Shown here piece after piece: positions 9,939 to 22,506 of a DNA stretch of 64,000 bases (its first letter is position 1; each line of letters begins with the position of its first letter). Position numbers and translations under genes: made by a program. Source of the stretch: Scenedesmus sp. PABB004 (lineage: Eukaryota); contig JABVCE010000002.1 in the NCBI GenBank assembly GCA_014905635.1, positions 868,001 through 932,000 of the forward strand, written 5' to 3'. Below the pieces are notes generated by a model. The model did no database searches and was not told the origin of the DNA. It saw nothing but the letters and a program-made list of their open reading frames with translations.

Positions 9939-12900
9939 AGGCGCCTGAAGAAGAGCACGTAGTGCGCCGCGCTGGCGCCCGCGGGCGCGCGCTCCGCCGA
10001 CACGGCGGAGTCGTTGAAGCGGCGCCAGCCGCCGCGCGCCGCGCGCCCGACCGCCTCGTAGTGCCCGCCGCCGAGGCAGCCCGCGTGCTGCGAGACCGCG
10101 GCGAGCTCGTAGCGCAGCGGCGCCGCGCCGCGCGCGGCGCCGGCGGCCAGCGCCGCGGGGCTGACAAAGGGCGCGAGGTCGAGCGGCCGCGCCGCGTCGA
10201 CGCGCACGGGCGTGTCGTTCTTGGTCAGCGAGCCAAAGCCGCTGCCGCCGGCACCGCCGAGGCCGAGACCGGCCCAGCGCGGCGCGCCGCCGGCGCTGCC
10301 GCCGTCGCTGAAGCGCTTGAGCGAGAGGACGAGCAGCCGGGGCGGCGCCCACACGCGCAGGCGCTTGGTCGCGTCGCCGCGCGTGCCGCACGCGTCGCAC
10401 TTGAACGCCTCGGCGCCGGTCAGCAGCTCGGGCTCCGCAAACGCCGCCAGGCAGTCCTGCGGCGCGGCGCGGCGCGGCGCGGCGGGCCAGCGCGTGTGGA
10501 GGGTGCGTGGGTGTGTGGGCGAAGGGGGGGGGGGTCGGCGGCGGCCGCGTGCGGGCGTGCGTGCGGGCGGCGGGCGGGCGCCGCCCCTGCGCGCCCGGCG
10601 CGCACCTCGAGCGAGACCGAGTCCCGGCCAGGCGGTAACGGCAGCAGCAGCTCGACAAACGGCTCAAACGTGTGGCTCGTGTGCTTGCACGCGGCGCATG
10701 CGATGCTCGACTGGCTCAGCCCGCCAAAGAGGTCGTCGACCAGCGAGTCGCACGCCGCGCGCGCGGCCGCGGCCGCCTCGGCCGCCTGCTCCGCCTCGCT
10801 GCCCTTGCCGCTGAGTGCCCGGAACACCGGTTTGCCCCGCACGCGGTTGGCCTCGCTCTGCGGGGCGCGCGCGCGGCGGCGGCGGGGGCGGCAGGGGGGC
10901 ACGCTCAGCCAACGGCGGCGTGGAGGCGGCGTGCGTGCACCGCAGCTCGCGGCCGCCGCACTTGCAGCCGCTCCAGCAGCGAGTGCAGAAACTCCTGGCC
11001 GTCCTGCTGGCAGCCGTCGGCCCAGCGGTCGTCCACGGCGGCCATCGCGCGCAGGAGGCGGCGCGGGCTCACCGTGGCCGCCCGCCGCCGGCCGCCGCTG
11101 CTGCCGCACAGCGACGGTGGCTGCCCGCAGCCCGGCTGGGCGGCGCCCCAGATCTCCTCCAGCAGCGAGCGCAGGGCGGGCGCCACCGTCGCGTCCGCGC
11201 TCCACGCGACGGGGCCGTGCGGCGCGCCGGGCAGCGCGCACGGGCCGAGCAGCGCCGAGACAAACTCCGGCAGGCAGTTGAGGCACTGCAGCACGCTGTT
11301 CGCGTAGCAGGTGTTGCCGAGGTTGATCAGGCCGACGCAGCCCGCTGGCGGCGCCGCCCGGTCCTCCAGCTCGTGCCCGCTGCTACTGCCGCCGCCGCTG
11401 CTGCTGCGGCCCTCGGTGGATATGCTGGTGCTGCTGCTGTCCAGCGCGGCGCGCCCGCCCGCAAGGCGCCGCCGCGCGACAAACGCCGCGCCGCCGCCAG
11501 CTGCGTGCTCGTCGCTGCTGTCGCTGTCGCTGCTACTGCTGCAGCCGCGCTCCAGCGAGGAGCTCAACTCGCTGACGTCCGAGTCGCTGTCGATGCAGCG
11601 CTGCACCGCGAGCTGCTGGCTGCCGCCGCCCGGCTCGCGCGCAAAGGTCAGGAACGCCTGCGCGGCCGCCTGCTGCGCCATGCGCGCCTGCGCCGCGTCC
11701 TCGCTTTCGTTGTCGCTGGCGCTGCGGCTGCAGCGGCGGCACGGGCCGGCGCCGTCCCCAGCGCCCGCCACCACCGCGGCGCCCCTGCGCGCGCTGGTGC
11801 CGTCGTCCTCTGGCTCATCGGACAGCGGCCGCGTGCCGATGAGGAACGACGGCTGCCGGCTGGCCGCCGCCAGGCTGCTCGCCGCGCTCAGCCCGCCGGG
11901 CAGCGGCGGCGCGCCGCCTCCGCTGCTGGGCCTTTGGCTGGCGTCGCTGCCGCTCTCGGCGCTCGGCCTGCGGTGCCCCGCAAAGGGGCTGCGCGCCAGC
12001 GCCGCACCAGCGACAGCGACAGCGCCGTGGCTGGCTGCACCGGCAGCAGCGGCTCCAGCGCCGCCGGCGCTGCTCCTGCACGTGCGCGCCGCCGCCGCGG
12101 CGACGTGGCGGCCCGGCTCCAGCCCCGGGCAGCTGGCGGGGCCGCCAGCCGAGCGCTGCTGCTGCAAGTGGGCCAGCTGCTGCTGCATGGGCTGGAAGAG
12201 GGGGTTTGGCTCGGGCGCGGCGGCGCCCAAGTGGGGGGCGGCGCCGAGGCCCAGGCCGGCGAACCGCTCTGCCAGGTGCTCGCGGTTGCGCGCCAGCAGC
12301 GCCTCGGCGGCCGCTGCCTGCTGCGCCGCCTGCCTCACGGCCGCCGCCGCGGCCGCCACGGCGGCGGTGCCCGCGGGCGCCGCCTGCTGCCGCAGGTGCT
12401 GCTGCAGCGGCCCTGCGCCGCCGGCGGCGGGCGGCGCCCGCACGCCGCCCGCTGCGCTGCTGGCGTGGCTGCCGCCGCCGGCCTCGACCGCCGCGCTGCC
12501 GTCCGCCGACGCCGGCCGGCTGCCGCCGCCGCTGCCGCCGTTGCTGCTGCTGTCGCGCGCCAGTCGCTGCAGCGCAGCCATCACGCGGCTGACACCGCCG
12601 TCGCCGCCGCCGCCGCCGCTGACGGCGCCGCCGCTCGCTGACGTCGCGGCGCTGCTCTGCTGCCGCAGCGTCAGCAGGTCCAGGTAGCCGACGCCGCGCG
12701 GCGAGCCGCGCCCGCACCCGCCGCCGCTGAGCGTCCGCGGCGCTTGCAGCGCCACGGGCGCCGCCACCGCGGACCCGCCCGCGTGCGCCAGCGTGCTGGC
12801 CGGATAGGCGAGCTCCCGCCCCGGCAGCTTCAGCGCCCTGAGCCGCAGCCTCTCCCGCTCGGCCGCCAGCAGCGCCTCCAGGCTGCCGCCGCCCCCACAG

Positions 12901-13434
12901 CCGCCCGGCCACGACTCCGCTCCGGGCTCGCCCGCGCCCGTGCTGGCGCGCCGCGCGCGCCTGGCGCCGGCGACCACCGCGTCGGCGTCGGCGCCGAGCA
13001 CGGCGCGCGCGCCCACCGCCCGCGCGCCCGGCCGCGGCGCCGGCGAGCCGCCGCCGGCGCTCCCGCGCACCCTGCGCAGCGGACGGCGGGACGGCGGCGG
13101 CGGACGTGGGCGCCAGCGCGCGCCCGGGCGGCCGCGGCGCGCGCCGGCGCGAGCCGCACCGCGCGGCGCCGCCGGGGAGCTGGTGCTGCGACGCCGTGAG
13201 CGGCGACCCCCCGCACGCGAGCCTGGCGGCCGCAGCCTTCACGCCCGCTCCGCCAGCAGCTGCTCCGGCGGCGCCAGCAGCGGCCACGGCGCGCGCCCGG
13301 CCCGGCACTGCCACGGCCACGTGCACCGTCTGGCTCGCCCCGGGGTCAGCGGCCTGCGGCGCCGGGGCGCGCTCCGTCCCGCCGCGCGGTTGCAGGCTCG
13401 CCGCCCGTCGCGGCGGCGGCGTGCCGCCGCTCAT
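9884..13434 (-). CDS. Ubiquitin-specific protease (peptidase C19) with long low-complexity N-terminus
   Basis: Cys box GLINLGNTCYANSVLQCL, QQDGQEF, zinc ribbon CAAC/CDAC, LVLSLKRF and His box YELAAVSQHAGCLGGGHY..WRRFNDSAV..YVLFF. The start codon is uncertain. Confidence 0.9.
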
Positions 13435-13753
13435 GCTCTCCGCGGCCGGAAAGCCTCCCCCCGCATCCCCGGCGCGCGGCGGCGCCCCTGCCACGGCGGC
13501 TGCGGCTCGCAGGCGGTGGCGCGGCGCGCGCTGTTTTGCTGTGTGCGGCGGTTGCGCCTGCAGCGCGGAGCGGGGAGCACGTGGTTAAGAAGGGGCGGGA
13601 AGAGAGAAGTAAGCCCGCCGGCGGCGCAAGTGCGGCGGTTTGTGCCGCGCAGCGGTGCAGCCCCGGCGCCGCCGCCGCGGCGCGGTCCCGCGCAGCCCCG
13701 CTCCCCCCGCAGACGCACCCATGCGTTCCTAGAGGCGCGCCGCAGCGGCGGCG

Positions 13754-16700
13754 ATGGCGCTGCCAGCAGCGGCGCGGCGCGTGCTGCGCCCGCCGGCCGC
13801 TGCCGGCGCGGCGGCGCGCTGCCGCGGCGGCGCCGTCGGCTGGGCGGGCCGCTGGGACGCGGCGCGCAGGGCGAGCGTGGCGGCGAGCCGGCGAGGCAGT
13901 GGCGACAGCAGCGGCAGCAGCAGCGCAGACGGCGCGCAGCCCGGCGCGCGGCGGCGCCGGGCCGCGCCGGCGGGCCGCGCCGGCGGCGGCGGCAGCGGCA
14001 GCAGCGGCGCTCGCGCGGGCGGCGCCGGCACCTCTGCCGCGCCGGCGGGCCGCGCCGGCGGCGGCGGCGGCGCCGGCCACGTTGGCGCAGCGCCGCCGCC
14101 GCCGCCGGCGCAGCCGGCCAGCCTGTGCGAGGCGCTGCCGCTGCCGTCGGCCGCAGACCTGGCGTGGAGCGACAGCACGTTCACGCTGCGGTGCGCGGGC
14201 CCGCGGGGCGAGCGCCAGCCGTCCCTGACCGCGTTCAGCTGCGCGACGCCGGCGCCGGCCCCCGCAGGGACTACCAGGTCGCCGCGATCCGTGACGTGAT
14301 CGCCGCGTGGAAGGAGGGCGCGGGCGTGCAGCTGGCGATGCTGCCGACGGGCTGCGGCAAGACCGTCGTGTTTGCCTCGCTGGCGCGTTTCATGGCGCAG
14401 CACTACGGGCCTGCGCCGGCACCTGCGCCCGCGCCGGCGCCGCCGGCGGGCAGCGGCGCTGGCGCCGAGGCGGGCGCCGAGCCGCCGGGGCGGGGGCCGG
14501 CCGTGGCGGCGGCGTGCGGCACGGACCGCAGCGGCGGGAGCGGCAGTGAGAGCGGCGATGAGAGCGGCAGCGGCAGCATCGGGGGCAGCAGCAGCAGCGG
14601 GAGCGGGAGCGGCATCGGGAGCAGTGGCTGCAGCATCAGCAGTAGGAGCAGCAGCAGCAGCAGCGAGACCAGCAGCGGCGGCGCCGTCCCAGCGTTTCGG
14701 ACCTCGCGCATGCGAAGCAAGGCCGGCGCGCTGCCGCCAGCCGCCAGCGTGGGCGCCAGCCCGAGCAGCGCAGCCGGTGACGCGCCGGCCGCAGCCGCCC
14801 TGCGTGCGGGCGGAGGCCGGAGCGGCGCAGCCCCGACGGCGGACGTGCCGCCGCCGCTGCCGCCGGCGGCGGCGGCGCCGGGCGCGATGCGCGTGCTGGT
14901 CCTGGCGCACCGCCACGAGCTGCTCGCGCAGGCTGAGGAAAAGTTCAACCTCGTCTGGCCGGCGGCGAGCGTGTCGTGGGTCAAGGGCGCCAAGAAGGAG
15001 CTGTGGGGGCAGGTGGTTGTCGCGTCCGTCGGCACCGCGGTCAACTGCCTTTCGCAGCTGTCAGCCGCAAAGTTCGCTCTGGTCGTGGTCGACGAGGCGC
15101 ACCACTCTGTGGCGAGCACGTATCAGAGTTGTCTGCGCGCCCTCGGGTTCATCCAGGACGCAGAGCTCGAGGAGCCGCTGCCCGGCGCCGCCGCGGAGTG
15201 CGAGCCCGCCGCGGGCGCCAGCGCCAGCGCCAGCGCCAGAGCCAGCGCCAGCGCCAGCGCCAGCGCCAGCGCCAGCGCCAGCGCCAGCGCCAGCGCCAGC
15301 GCCAGCGACGAGGAGGTGGAGGTGGAGGTGGAGGTGGAGGTGGAGGTCGACGCGGAGGGGGCTGCCAGCAGCGGCGCCGGCAGCAGGGGCGCGAGCTTGG
15401 AGGCCGAGGCGGCGCCGCCGCCGCCGCGGCTGAGGCGCGTGCACAGCCCCCACGCGCTGTGCATCGGCTTCACTGCGACGCCCTACAGGCGCGGCGCGCA
15501 TGCCGGGCCGCGCCCGGCGCGGCGGGCGCGGCCGCGCCGGCGTGGAGCCGCCGCCGCGACGGGGCCCGCCCGCGCCGGCGCGGCGCGCAGGATGCGTGTG
15601 CGTGAGTCGCGTGAGCTCTACGACATCGCGTCCTGCACGGTCAGCATCAACATCGCTGACATGATCGCAGCGGGGCACCTCTGCAAGGCGCGCCCGCGCC
15701 GCGCCGCGCCGCGCCGCGCCGTGGCGTGCCGCGCGGATCGGCAGGCCAGGCGCTGGCTGCCGCGCGCTGCCGCGACGCGCCCGCACGTCCCGGGGTGCCC
15801 CCCCCCCGCCGCCGCCGCCGCCGCAGGTTCGCACCACCAAGATCCTGACGCACGTCGACCTCCGCGGCGTGGCGCGCACCGCGGGCGGCGACTTCTCGCC
15901 CGCGAGCCTCAGCCGCGCCGTCAACGGCGGCGAGCGCAACGCGCTCGTGCTGCAGGCCTACCTCGAGCACTGCACGCGCCCCGCGGGCGGCGCAGAGCCG
16001 GGCGGCGCCGAGCCGGGCGGTGGCGAGCCGGGCGGCGGCGAGCCGGGCGCGCCGCTGAGCATGGCGGGGCGCGTGGCGACGCGCAAGGCCATCTGCTTTG
16101 CCGTGGACATCGCACACGCGACCGACCTGGCCGCGACCTTCACGGCGGCCGGTGCGCGGGGGGGGGGGGGGAGCTGTGACCGCGGCGGCGCGCGCGGCGG
16201 CGCCCGTGCCGCGCGCGCGACGCGGACGCCCGCCCGCGCGCAGCGCCGGGCGGGGCCCGACCCGGCGGCCGCCGGCGCCGCAGGCGTGTGCTGCGCGGCG
16301 GTGCACAGCCAGCTGCCCGCGGAGGAGGTCAAGGGTCACGTCGCGGCGTTCCGGCGCGCCAGGGTGGCCGGCGCGGAGGGCGGCGGGCAGGGGCAGGGGC
16401 CCTCCCTGCTCATCAACTGCGAGAAGCTCACCGAGGTGCGCCGCCGCGGGGGGGGGGGGGGGCTGGGGCGCCGCAGCCACGCCGCGGGCGCGCCGCGACG
16501 CGCCTGCCGCCGCTCCCGCCGGCGGGCGGCAGGGCTTTGACGAGCCATCCATCTCCGCGGTGCTCATGGCCCGGCCAACCAAATCGACCGGCTTGTACAC
16601 ACAGGCACGCGGCGGGCGGGCCGCGCCGCGCGGGCCCGCGCGCGCCGCCCCCCAGCCGCCCGCGCCCGCCCGCCCGCCCGCGCGCCCAGATGCTCGGCCG

Positions 16701-17217
16701 CGGCCTGCGCTGCGCTCCCGGCAAGGCCGACTGCCTGGTGCTGGACTTCATGGACACGTGAGCGGCGGCTGCTGTGTGTGTTGGTGCCGCACCACCCCCC
16801 GCGCCCGCGCTGCCCCTCGTGCACTCGCTGAGGCACGCGCGACACCGTCCGCCCGCCCCTGCCCCCGCCCGCGCGCCGCCTCCCAGGCACCACCGCGCCG
16901 ACCGCGTGGTCGACCTGCGCGTGCTGCTGCCAGACGCCGTGCCGCCCGCGCACGCGCCGCCGCGGCCCGAGGCCAAGGACGGGGCGGAGGCGCGCGACGA
17001 GCCCGGCCCGCCGCCCCGCGGCGGCGAGACGAGCATCATCAGCGAGCCGCTCGACCCCGCGGCGTTTGTGTGGAGCCGCGTCGGGCCGCACTGGTGCCTC
17101 AACGCCTTTGACAGCAACATCTGGCTCGTCAGCACCGAGGGTGCGCGCGGCACGCGGCGCTCACACCCCCGCGCCGTGCCGCGCGGGCGGGGCAGGCCGC
17201 GCGCAGCACGCCCGACC

Positions 17218-17252
<35 letters not shown>

Positions 17253-18182
17253 TGCCGCGCGCAGGCATGCCGCCGCAGCAGCTGCGGCAGCTGGGCCTCA
17301 CGGACGCCCACGGCGGCGGCGGCGGCGCAGGCGGCCTGCAGGCCGCCGCGCAGGCCGCGCTGGCTGCGGACGCGCGCAAGCTCGCGCTGCAGCGGCAGCG
17401 GCAGCAGGGCGCTGCGGCGCAGACCGCGGCAGCCGACGGGGACGAGGACGGCGACAGCGGCGACGAGGCTTCGGCCGACGAGGAGGGCCAGGAGAGGTGG
17501 GTGGGCGGCTGGCCGGGCGGCGCAGCTGGCGTGGCACGTGCGTGGCTGCGCGCCCGCCCCACGCGCGCGCTGCCCGCCCTGACCCGTCCCCGCGCCGCCC
17601 CCCCCCCCCCCGCCCCGCCCCAGGTTTGCCGTCCTGCACCAGCCCAGCGGCAGGCAGCTCGACCCGCGCGAGTGGGCCAACGTCGCGCGCTTCGCGCACC
17701 ACGGCCTGCGGCTGAGCGACGCGCACGGGGTCGCCATGAACTTCCTGTCCAGCCTCGAGCGCAGGCAGCAGCACGCCGCGGTCGCGGCCTGGAAGGCGCA
17801 GCGCGGCTGGGGCCGCGTGCTGAGCGTGGCGTCGCTGCGGCGTGACGCGGCGTGGCGGGGGCGGCCCATGAGCGAACGCCAGGCGGCCAAGCTGCAGCAG
17901 CTGGGCGTGCCGCTGCCGGCGGGGCGCATTGACCAGGGCAAGGCGGGCGAGCTCATCTCACAGGCGCTGATCGCGCTCGCCAGCGACGAGCAGCGGCGAC
18001 AGCTGCGCGTGAGCGGCGCCCGCGCTGAGCGGCAGCGGCGGCGCGCGGCTCGCTGCCGGCTCACGCGCCCCGCCCCGCCTCCGCCCTGCTGCCGCCGCCA
18101 GGCCAAGCTGCCGGCGGCGGAGTTTGCCGCGCTGTCGGAGCCGCTCCTCGCGCAGCGCGCCGCGCAGCTGGCGCGGGAGTGA
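13754..18182 (+). CDS. SF2 DExH helicase, Irc3-like (ResIII + helicase C + C-terminal extension), probably organellar
   Basis: RDYQ, LPTGCGKT, LVLAHRHELLAQ, VVDEAHH, GFTATPYR, LTE|GFDEP, MARPTKSTGLYTQ|MLGRGLR..PGKADCLVLDF, and C-terminal AWRGRPMSERQ..GKAGELI. About 11 introns. Confidence 0.85.
15217..15348 (+). repeat. Coding hexanucleotide repeats (GCCAGC)n and (GAGGTG)n
   Basis: About 15 GCCAGC units (Ala-Ser) followed by about 6 GAGGTG units (Glu-Val) inside a helicase exon. Confidence 0.9.
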
Positions 18183-18337
18183 ACTGACGGGTGCTGCGGC
18201 GGCAAGTCAACACGACGGCAGACTGCAAAGCGTTCAACTTGGCTGTCGATTGAATCAACGAGGTGTTGCCTGGCGGAAGGGCGCCGCACGCTAGCAACCG
18301 CCCCCCTCGCCCTGCCCCTCACCGCCGTGCGCTCGGC

Positions 18338-21031
18338 TCAGCCCACCGGCAGCAGCCCGCCGGGCGCGGCGTACAGCAGGCGCGCCGCGGTCTCGCCCAC
18401 CACCGCGCGCCACTCGCGCAGCCGCGCCTCCAGCGCGTCGGCGGCCGCGGCCTCCAGCAGCCCGCTGTCGCGCAGCGCGCCCCAGCGCACCGGCTGCTTC
18501 AGCAGGAACAGCAGCTGCGCGTCCAGCGCGCCGCCGCCGCCGCCGCCGCCGCCCGCCGCCGGCGGCAGCGGGCGCGGCACCGACAGGTTTGGCGCGACGT
18601 CCGCGCCGGGCAGGGCGCTGAGCGCGACGTACGGCGCGGCGTCGAGCGCGGCGCGCGCGCCCGCGTCGAGGCGCACCCACAGCTGCGCCGCGGGGCAGAG
18701 CAGCTCCGACGGCGCGTACTCGGCCTTGTAGGCCATCTTGGGGCAGGTGTGGATGTAGTAGCCGAGGTAGTAGTAGGCCAGCGCCGGCGCGCGCGCCGCC
18801 GCCGCGCCGACCCAGCCGATCTCGCGCAGCGCGCCGTAGCGCCCCGGGCTGAGACCCGCGAGCGCGGGGTCCCAGAAAAAGTACTTGGACGACAGGCACC
18901 TGCGCGGACGGGCGGGCGGGCGGGCGCGCGCGGGCGCGGGGCGGGCGCGGGGCGGGCGGGGGTGGGCGCGGCGCGCGGCGCGGCGCGGGCGCGGCGCAGG
19001 CGCGCGGCGCGTGGCGGCGCGTGGTGGCCGCGGCGCGCACCGCGGCAGCACGTCGACGACGCCCACCGCCACGAGGCGGCCGTCCAGCCAGTACTGCTGG
19101 TGAAAGCTGCCGTACCCGCACGCCGGCCCGCCGGCGCCCGCCGCGGCGCCCGCCTCGGCGCCGGCGCCGCCGGGCGCCTCCGGCGGCGGTGGCGGCACGG
19201 GGATGAGGGGCGTGTCGACCAGGAAACTCCGGTACCGCGCGGGCGTGAGCTCGGCGGGGTCGTCGCCGTGCTGCCCCACCTGCGGCGCGCGCGGCGGCTG
19301 GGCGGCGGCGAGCGCGGCGCTGACGCCCTGCTGCTGCGCGCACGCGGCCCTGGCTGCTGCGCTGCCGCGCGGCCCTGGCACTCGCCTGGTACTTGACGTA
19401 GAGGTCAAACTCCTCCTGTATGAACTGGCTGGGCACCATGCGCACCTCCAGCATGTGCGCCCGGCCCGCTTGGCCACGCGCCGCCTGCTGCTGCTCCCGC
19501 TGCTGCTGCTGCGGCCGCTGCTGCTGCTCCTGCTGCTCCTGCGGCCGCTGCTGCTGCTCCTGTGGCCGCTGCTGCTGCTCCTGCTGCTCCTGCGGCCGCT
19601 GCTGCGACCGCTCCTGCTGCTGCTGCTGCTGCTGCTGCTGATCCTGCTGCTGCTGCTGCTGATCCTGCCGCTGCTGCGGCGCAGGCTGCGCGCCGCCGGC
19701 CTGCGCCGCCGCGCCGCCGGCAAAGTTGATGTGCCCCTTGGCGGCGCTCGCGGTCACGCCCAGCGCCGGCTGCGCCGCGGCAGCCAGGTCATTGAAGCGC
19801 GCTGCCAGCGCCGCCGCCAGCTCTTCGGCCGGCAGCGGTGCGGCGGCACCGCTGCCGCCGCCGCCGCCCGGCGCCTGCTGCGCCTTGCGCGCCGCCGCCG
19901 CGAGCGCAAAGGCGGCCGCGCTGGTCATGCTGACGCCAGCCGGCAGCTTGGACCGCTTCCCCGGCGGCGGTGCGACCACGCGCACCGGCGGCGCGCCGGA
20001 TGCCGGCAGCTGTCCGTCCGCGCCCAGCGCCGCCACCGCCGCCTGCAGCACCGCCTCCACCTGCCGCAGCAGCGCCGCGGCGACGTCCTGCGGCGGCGCC
20101 TGCTGCTCGGCGCCGTCGCCGGCTCCGGGCTGGCTGCCGCCCGTGCAAACGCGCTTGGGCTCGCGCCGCGCGCCCCGGGCCCTGCTGCTGCCCCTGCTGC
20201 CGCTGCTGCGTCTGGCTCGTCCGCCATGTGCACGTCACCGCCCTGCTGCTCCAGCGTGCCTGCAGACGGGCGGGCGGGCGCGTGGGCCTGGCGGCGCGCG
20301 CGCGGTGGTGTGGTCGCCCGCCCCCCCCCCCTGGCTCCCGGCGGCGCACCGTCCAGGAACTGCTCCCACTTGCGCAGCAGGCGCTTGTGTGCCCTGCTGG
20401 GCTGGTACTGCCGCACGTCCAGGCGGATCGTGTACTGGCGGCAGCACGTCTGCTCCAGGTCGGGCTGCGCACGGCGCGGCGCGGAGCACGCGGCGGGGCG
20501 GTGTGAGGGCGCGCGCCGCACCGCGCCGCACCGCGCGGCGTGGCGCAGGCGGGCGGCCGCCGCACCTTGTAGAGGAAGCGACCAGACCGCCTCCAGCCCT
20601 GGTCCAGCAGCTCTGCGCGGCGCCGCGCAGCGACGGGCGGCGCAAGCTCGGCTGCAGGTGACCGCGGTGGCCCCATGCCGTGGCGCCCTCCGCCCACCCA
20701 CACGCCCGGCGCCGGGCGGGGCCTGCGGCGCCGGCGGCGCGGCCGCGCAGCGCTGCTGCTGCGCGCACCCTGGTAGTCGTGCACCGTCAGCCGGTACGCG
20801 TGCATGCCTGCGCCGGACGGTCGAGCGGGCCGTGGCGATCAGCGGGAACGCCGCGGGAGCGGTGGCGGCGGCCCGCACCGCGAGGGCGGGCCGCGAGCGG
20901 CGCCCGCGGCGCTCGGCGCCCCGCCCACCGTGGCTGACGCTGGTGCCGCCCCCGCAGTAGCCGCATGTCGAGGTGTAGGCGCCGCTGTCCTGTATGAGGG
21001 AGAAGCCGCGCTGCGCGCTGCCGCCCTGCAT
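18338..21031 (-). CDS. ATE1: Arginyl-tRNA--protein transferase
   Basis: CGYC, LLDQGWRRSGRFLYK, PDLEQTCCRQYTIRLD, EEFDLYVKYQ|VGQHGD, YGSFHQQYWLDGRLVAVGVVDVLP, LSSKYFFWDP, YYYLGYYIHTCPKMAYKAEYAPSELLCP. Confidence 0.95.
19486..19680 (-). repeat. Coding polyglutamine/QEQQQRP repeats in ATE1
   Basis: CTG-rich imperfect tandem repeats encoding QQQQQDQQQ and RPQEQQEQQQ units. Confidence 0.85.
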
Positions 21032-21257
21032 CGCGGCGGCGCGCCAACCGCTGCTGCCGCGAGGGCGGCGCGGGCGCGCAGCCGCGGCGTCAGCTGGCGC
21101 GCACGTCCGAACGCGCAGCGCACGGGACTTGACGCTGGCGGGCGCCGCGGTGCGGCCCGGCGACCGCTGCCAAGCTGTCAGCGGCTTGAAACCCCGCGCC
21201 GCAAGCCCTCGCGCGCGCCGCAGCGACGGCCGCGCCGCGCCGCGCAGTGGTACTATG

Positions 21258-21262
21258 TTACA
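21258..21262 (-). terminator. Chlorophyte polyadenylation signal TGTAA for cox2b
   Basis: TTACA on the + strand, about 22 nt past the cox2b stop. Other TGTAA sites lie downstream of genes at 8548(+), 9673(-), 51948(+) and 56308(+). Confidence 0.65.
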
Positions 21263-21283
21263 CAAGCCGGTGCCCTGCGCCGC

Positions 21284-21341
21284 TCACTCCATCCACTTCT
21301 TGAGGTAGTTGGTCACAAACTGCGCGGCAGCGAGGGGGGAC

Positions 21342-21372
<31 letters not shown>

Positions 21373-22506
21373 GCGGCGGCGCGGCGGCGGCGGCGGCGGC
21401 GCGTGAGCCCTCCTCCTCGCAGGGGCGCAGCGGCGCGCGGGCGCAGGGGGGCGCATGGGCGCGGCGGCGCAGGGGCGCGCAGCGGCGCGCGCGCGCCTGG
21501 CGCGGCGTGACGGCCTCGACCACGATGGGCATGAAGGCGTGGTTGGCGCCGCACAGCTCGCTGCACTGGCCGTAGAACACGCCGGGGCGCTGGATGGTGA
21601 CCCACACCTGGTTGAGGCGGCCGGGGATGGCGTCGATCTTCACGCCCAGCGACGGCACCGCCCAGGAGTGGATGACGTCGCTGCTCGTGACCAGCAGGCG
21701 CACGAGGCTGTTGGTCGGCAGCACGAGGCGCTCGTCGCAGTCGAGCAGCCGGATCTGCCCCGGCTCCACGTCTGCGCGCGGCGCAGCGCGGTCGGCGCGC
21801 GTGGGCGGCCCGGGCGCGAGCGTCCCGCCGCTGCGGCGGCGCGCTCGGCCTGCTGCGCCCGCCGCCGCTGCGCCCGCCGCCGCTGCGCCCAGGAGCCCGC
21901 TGCCCGGCCAGCAGCAGGCCTGCTGCCGCAGCCGCCGCCGCCGCGGGGGCGCGCCGTGCGTCGCGGCGGGGGCGCACCGGTGAGCATGTAGGCGTCAAAC
22001 TCATACTTGGCGCTCTTGGGCTCCTCCTCGCCCTTGGCCAGCAGCGCGTCGGTCACGCGCTTGCGCAGCTCGCGCCGGAACGAGGGGTCGGCCTTGAGCT
22101 TGGCCTTCAGCGCCTCGCGCGCCGACTGCGCGCACCGGGGCAGCGCGCGGGCGGGGCGGCGGGGTCGGCGGCGCCGCGGCCGACTGCCCGCTGCTGCCCC
22201 TCCCCCGTCGCTGCCACACGCCGGCGCCCGACCGCCGGGGCCCCGCCGCGCGCTGCCGCCGCCGCCGCCGCCGCCGGCGCTGGCTCGGCGACCGTGCTGC
22301 GGGGCGTGAGGCCACCCGGCGCGACGCCGGCTGGGGCGGGGCGCCGCTGCCGCCGCTGGCCTGCACCTGCCCTCCGCCGCTGCTGCCCGCCCCCTGCCGC
22401 CCCCGCAGGCGCTGCCGCGCCGCCCATGGCCACGTGGCACCGCCCGCAGCCCATTCAGCCCCCGCCCGGGGTCTGCCGCGGCCGGGAGGCGCACCTGGTC
22501 GACCAT
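21284..22506 (-). CDS. COX2B: Nuclear-encoded cytochrome c oxidase subunit IIb (C-terminal CuA half of split COX2)
   Basis: [114 protein letters not shown]. It has spliceosomal introns and no TM helices. Confidence 0.96.
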
